A stretch of 64,000 nucleotides of DNA from Stegostoma tigrinum. Lineage: Eukaryota. The first letter of the stretch is position 1. Each line of letters starts with the position of its first letter. Under the pieces are notes generated by a model. It saw only the letters and a list, made by a program, of their open reading frames with translations, was not told the origin of the DNA and did not search any database. Location of the stretch: contig NC_081371.1 in the NCBI RefSeq assembly GCF_030684315.1, positions 4,109,550 through 4,173,549 of the forward strand. Direction: 5' to 3'. The translations under genes and the position numbers were made by a program. Shown here piece after piece: positions 61,978 to 64,000 of the stretch.

Positions 61978-63246
61978 CAGGTATGATCTTTTCTAACTCC
62001 AGTCGTGTGGGAGTTTCTGGTCAGCTTTGGAAGAGCTGCTCCATTTCCATGGCTGCTGCGTGCCATTGCTCCATGGGTAGAATTGGGGGCCTTGGCAGGG
62101 TCAGTATCTGGCAGTGCCAGCAAAGGGCATGGTACTTGCTGGATCTTTCTGTGCCCGGCATTCCCTGTTAGATTCAGCGTGGGATGGGGAGAAGAGCAGT
62201 GCTGAGAGGAGGCTGGCTCTGGGTGCCGTTTGCTTTCTATATTGGGCTTGTAGCAGTTTCATCTTTTACTCTCTTTTGAATAACTTTGTTCACTGAATAT
62301 GCCTGGCATCACTGGAATGAAGAATTGTCACCCTCAATTCAAATTCCACCAGCTGCTCTGGTGGGGTTCAAAGCCAGCTCCTCGGAATGCTATCTGGGTC
62401 TCTGGATTAACAGTCAAGCGATAATACCACTAGGCCATTATTGCTCCTTATGTTTTAACAGAAGTTCAGGCCAGTATTATCATGGCTGTTAAGCTACGTT
62501 AACTGTTACACTGCACAGTATGCTAAGGCTACAGACTAATATGCACAAGGTCCACCTTCTTTGTAGAACCTTATCAATGAGGTCACCATGACACTATAAC
62601 TTACCTCAGAAGCTCACGTATGTAATCAGAAAGCTTTGTTTCTCCTGGACACATTGGTTAAGGATGAGGAGTACAGTTCAACTGTCAAAAGCATGCTTTG
62701 CAAGAATACCCCTGAGATGGGGGCATCAGGCGTATTATATATCCATATCACAGTAAAATGCAACGCCTTCAAGAGATGTGTGCAGAAAATTGAAGCTTTT
62801 TTTTTAAGTATCTCCATAAATAACATCCCTGCCACTGCTACTATAGTCTTACCTTGGAAAATGAAGAGTTGAAATGTTCATCTTGAACTTGCATCATCAT
62901 CCGACATGCACAAATATCAATGCTGTTAAAATAAATGTAATTGAAGCCAGAGATAGACTAATACTTGATGACTGCAACAGTTATGTACTCAAACACCATC
63001 TCAAAAATCAAGCAGATCACTGAACAGGAACTACTGGAAGCAAATATTTCATGTAAGAAATCTCTTACAAATGAGGCAATGGAAAGCTATTTGTCCCTTT
63101 TTAAATGAAGTTGAAGCTTAATAGGAAGAAATATCTCTTTGAGATATTGTTGTTCAGGATCACTGACACAAAGTCAAGAATGAGGAGAAAGAACTCAAAA
63201 GTTGGCAAGGCAAGAAATGCTAATTTGTAGTTAGTGACTATATTAT

Positions 63247-63470
63247 TGTGTGCTTGGAATGAGGGCAGGTGAATCGCATCAACTATGACTTCCTGCATTG
63301 GAGCTGTTAACCTGGCTCAGTCAGGGAGCCCTGGCTGACAGATATAAACAGGAGTTTAGAAGGTTTGCTCAACCTAGGGACTGGCTTTGAGCTGGCCAGC
63401 CAGAGCCCATATACAGTGCACATATAAATAAAGGGCAGTGTGGGATACCAACTTCTGTGCAGTTATTTCA
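63247..63470 (+). mobile_element. Solo LTR (short family), uninterrupted, 224 bp
   Basis: TG...TTATTTCA, TATA-like gatataaacagg at ~63341, AATAAA at ~63427. Confidence 0.8.
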
Positions 63471-63545
63471 GTTGTGCAATATAGGTTCTTCAAAAATTGC
63501 TTGTGCAGCATTGAAATATTGGACAACATTGGTTTCCAAGATCAG

Positions 63546-64000
63546 AGATAATGGGAACTGCAGATGCTGGAGAATCCGAATAACAAAATGTGGAGCTAGA
63601 TGAACACAGCAGGCCAAGCAGCATCTTAGGAGCACAAAAGCTGACGTTTCAGGCCTAGGCCTAAATCAGAAAAGGGTGATGGGGAGACCGTTCTGAAATA
63701 AATAGGGAGAGAGGGTGAGGCAGACCAAAGATGGATAGAGGAGGAGATAGGTGGAGAAAAGAGTATGGCTGGGGAGGTAGGGAGGGGATAGGTCAGCTCG
63801 GGGAGGACAGACAGGTCAAGGGGGCGGGATGAGGTTTGTAGGTAGGAAATGGAGGTGCGACTTGAGGTGGGAGGAGGGGATAGGTGAAAGGAAGAACAGG
63901 TTAGGGAGGCGGGGACGAGCTGGGCTGGTTTTGGGATGCAGTGGGGGGAGGGGAGATTTTGAAGCTGGTGAAATCCACATTGATACTATTGGGCTGCAGG
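63546..64000 (-). mobile_element. PLE 3' end running off the window
   Basis: Collinear with 55883-56340. Confidence 0.92.

Overview
This is repeat-dense, non-genic-looking vertebrate DNA, almost certainly from a shark or other elasmobranch (inferred from HE1-type V-SINEs, their partner CR1/HER1-type LINEs and DeuSINE-like relics). No host protein-coding gene could be confidently recognised. All long ORFs with recognisable motifs belong to retroelements: CR1 ORF2 (one copy at 13638-15747 has a single in-frame stop), Penelope-like elements (PLE; RT and GIY-YIG endonuclease pieces), and Rex1, RTE and L2 relics. The window also holds three solo-LTR families, a decayed GGTTAG-type repeat and a G-rich minisatellite. 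The most notable structure is a set of about 18 PLE terminal-repeat insertions carrying a minimal hammerhead-ribozyme motif (CTGATGA-A-GGGT/CTAG/GCCC-GAAACGTC). Many are fold-back (inverted) insertions with long 11-34 bp target-site duplications. Three copies start or stop exactly at the predicted ribozyme cleavage site, and one has captured a piece of CR1. Separately, four of five copies of a ~230 bp solo LTR are interrupted by unrelated elements within about 20 bp of their TATA-like box. Coordinates of old elements are approximate, and family names come from motif recognition, not database searches.
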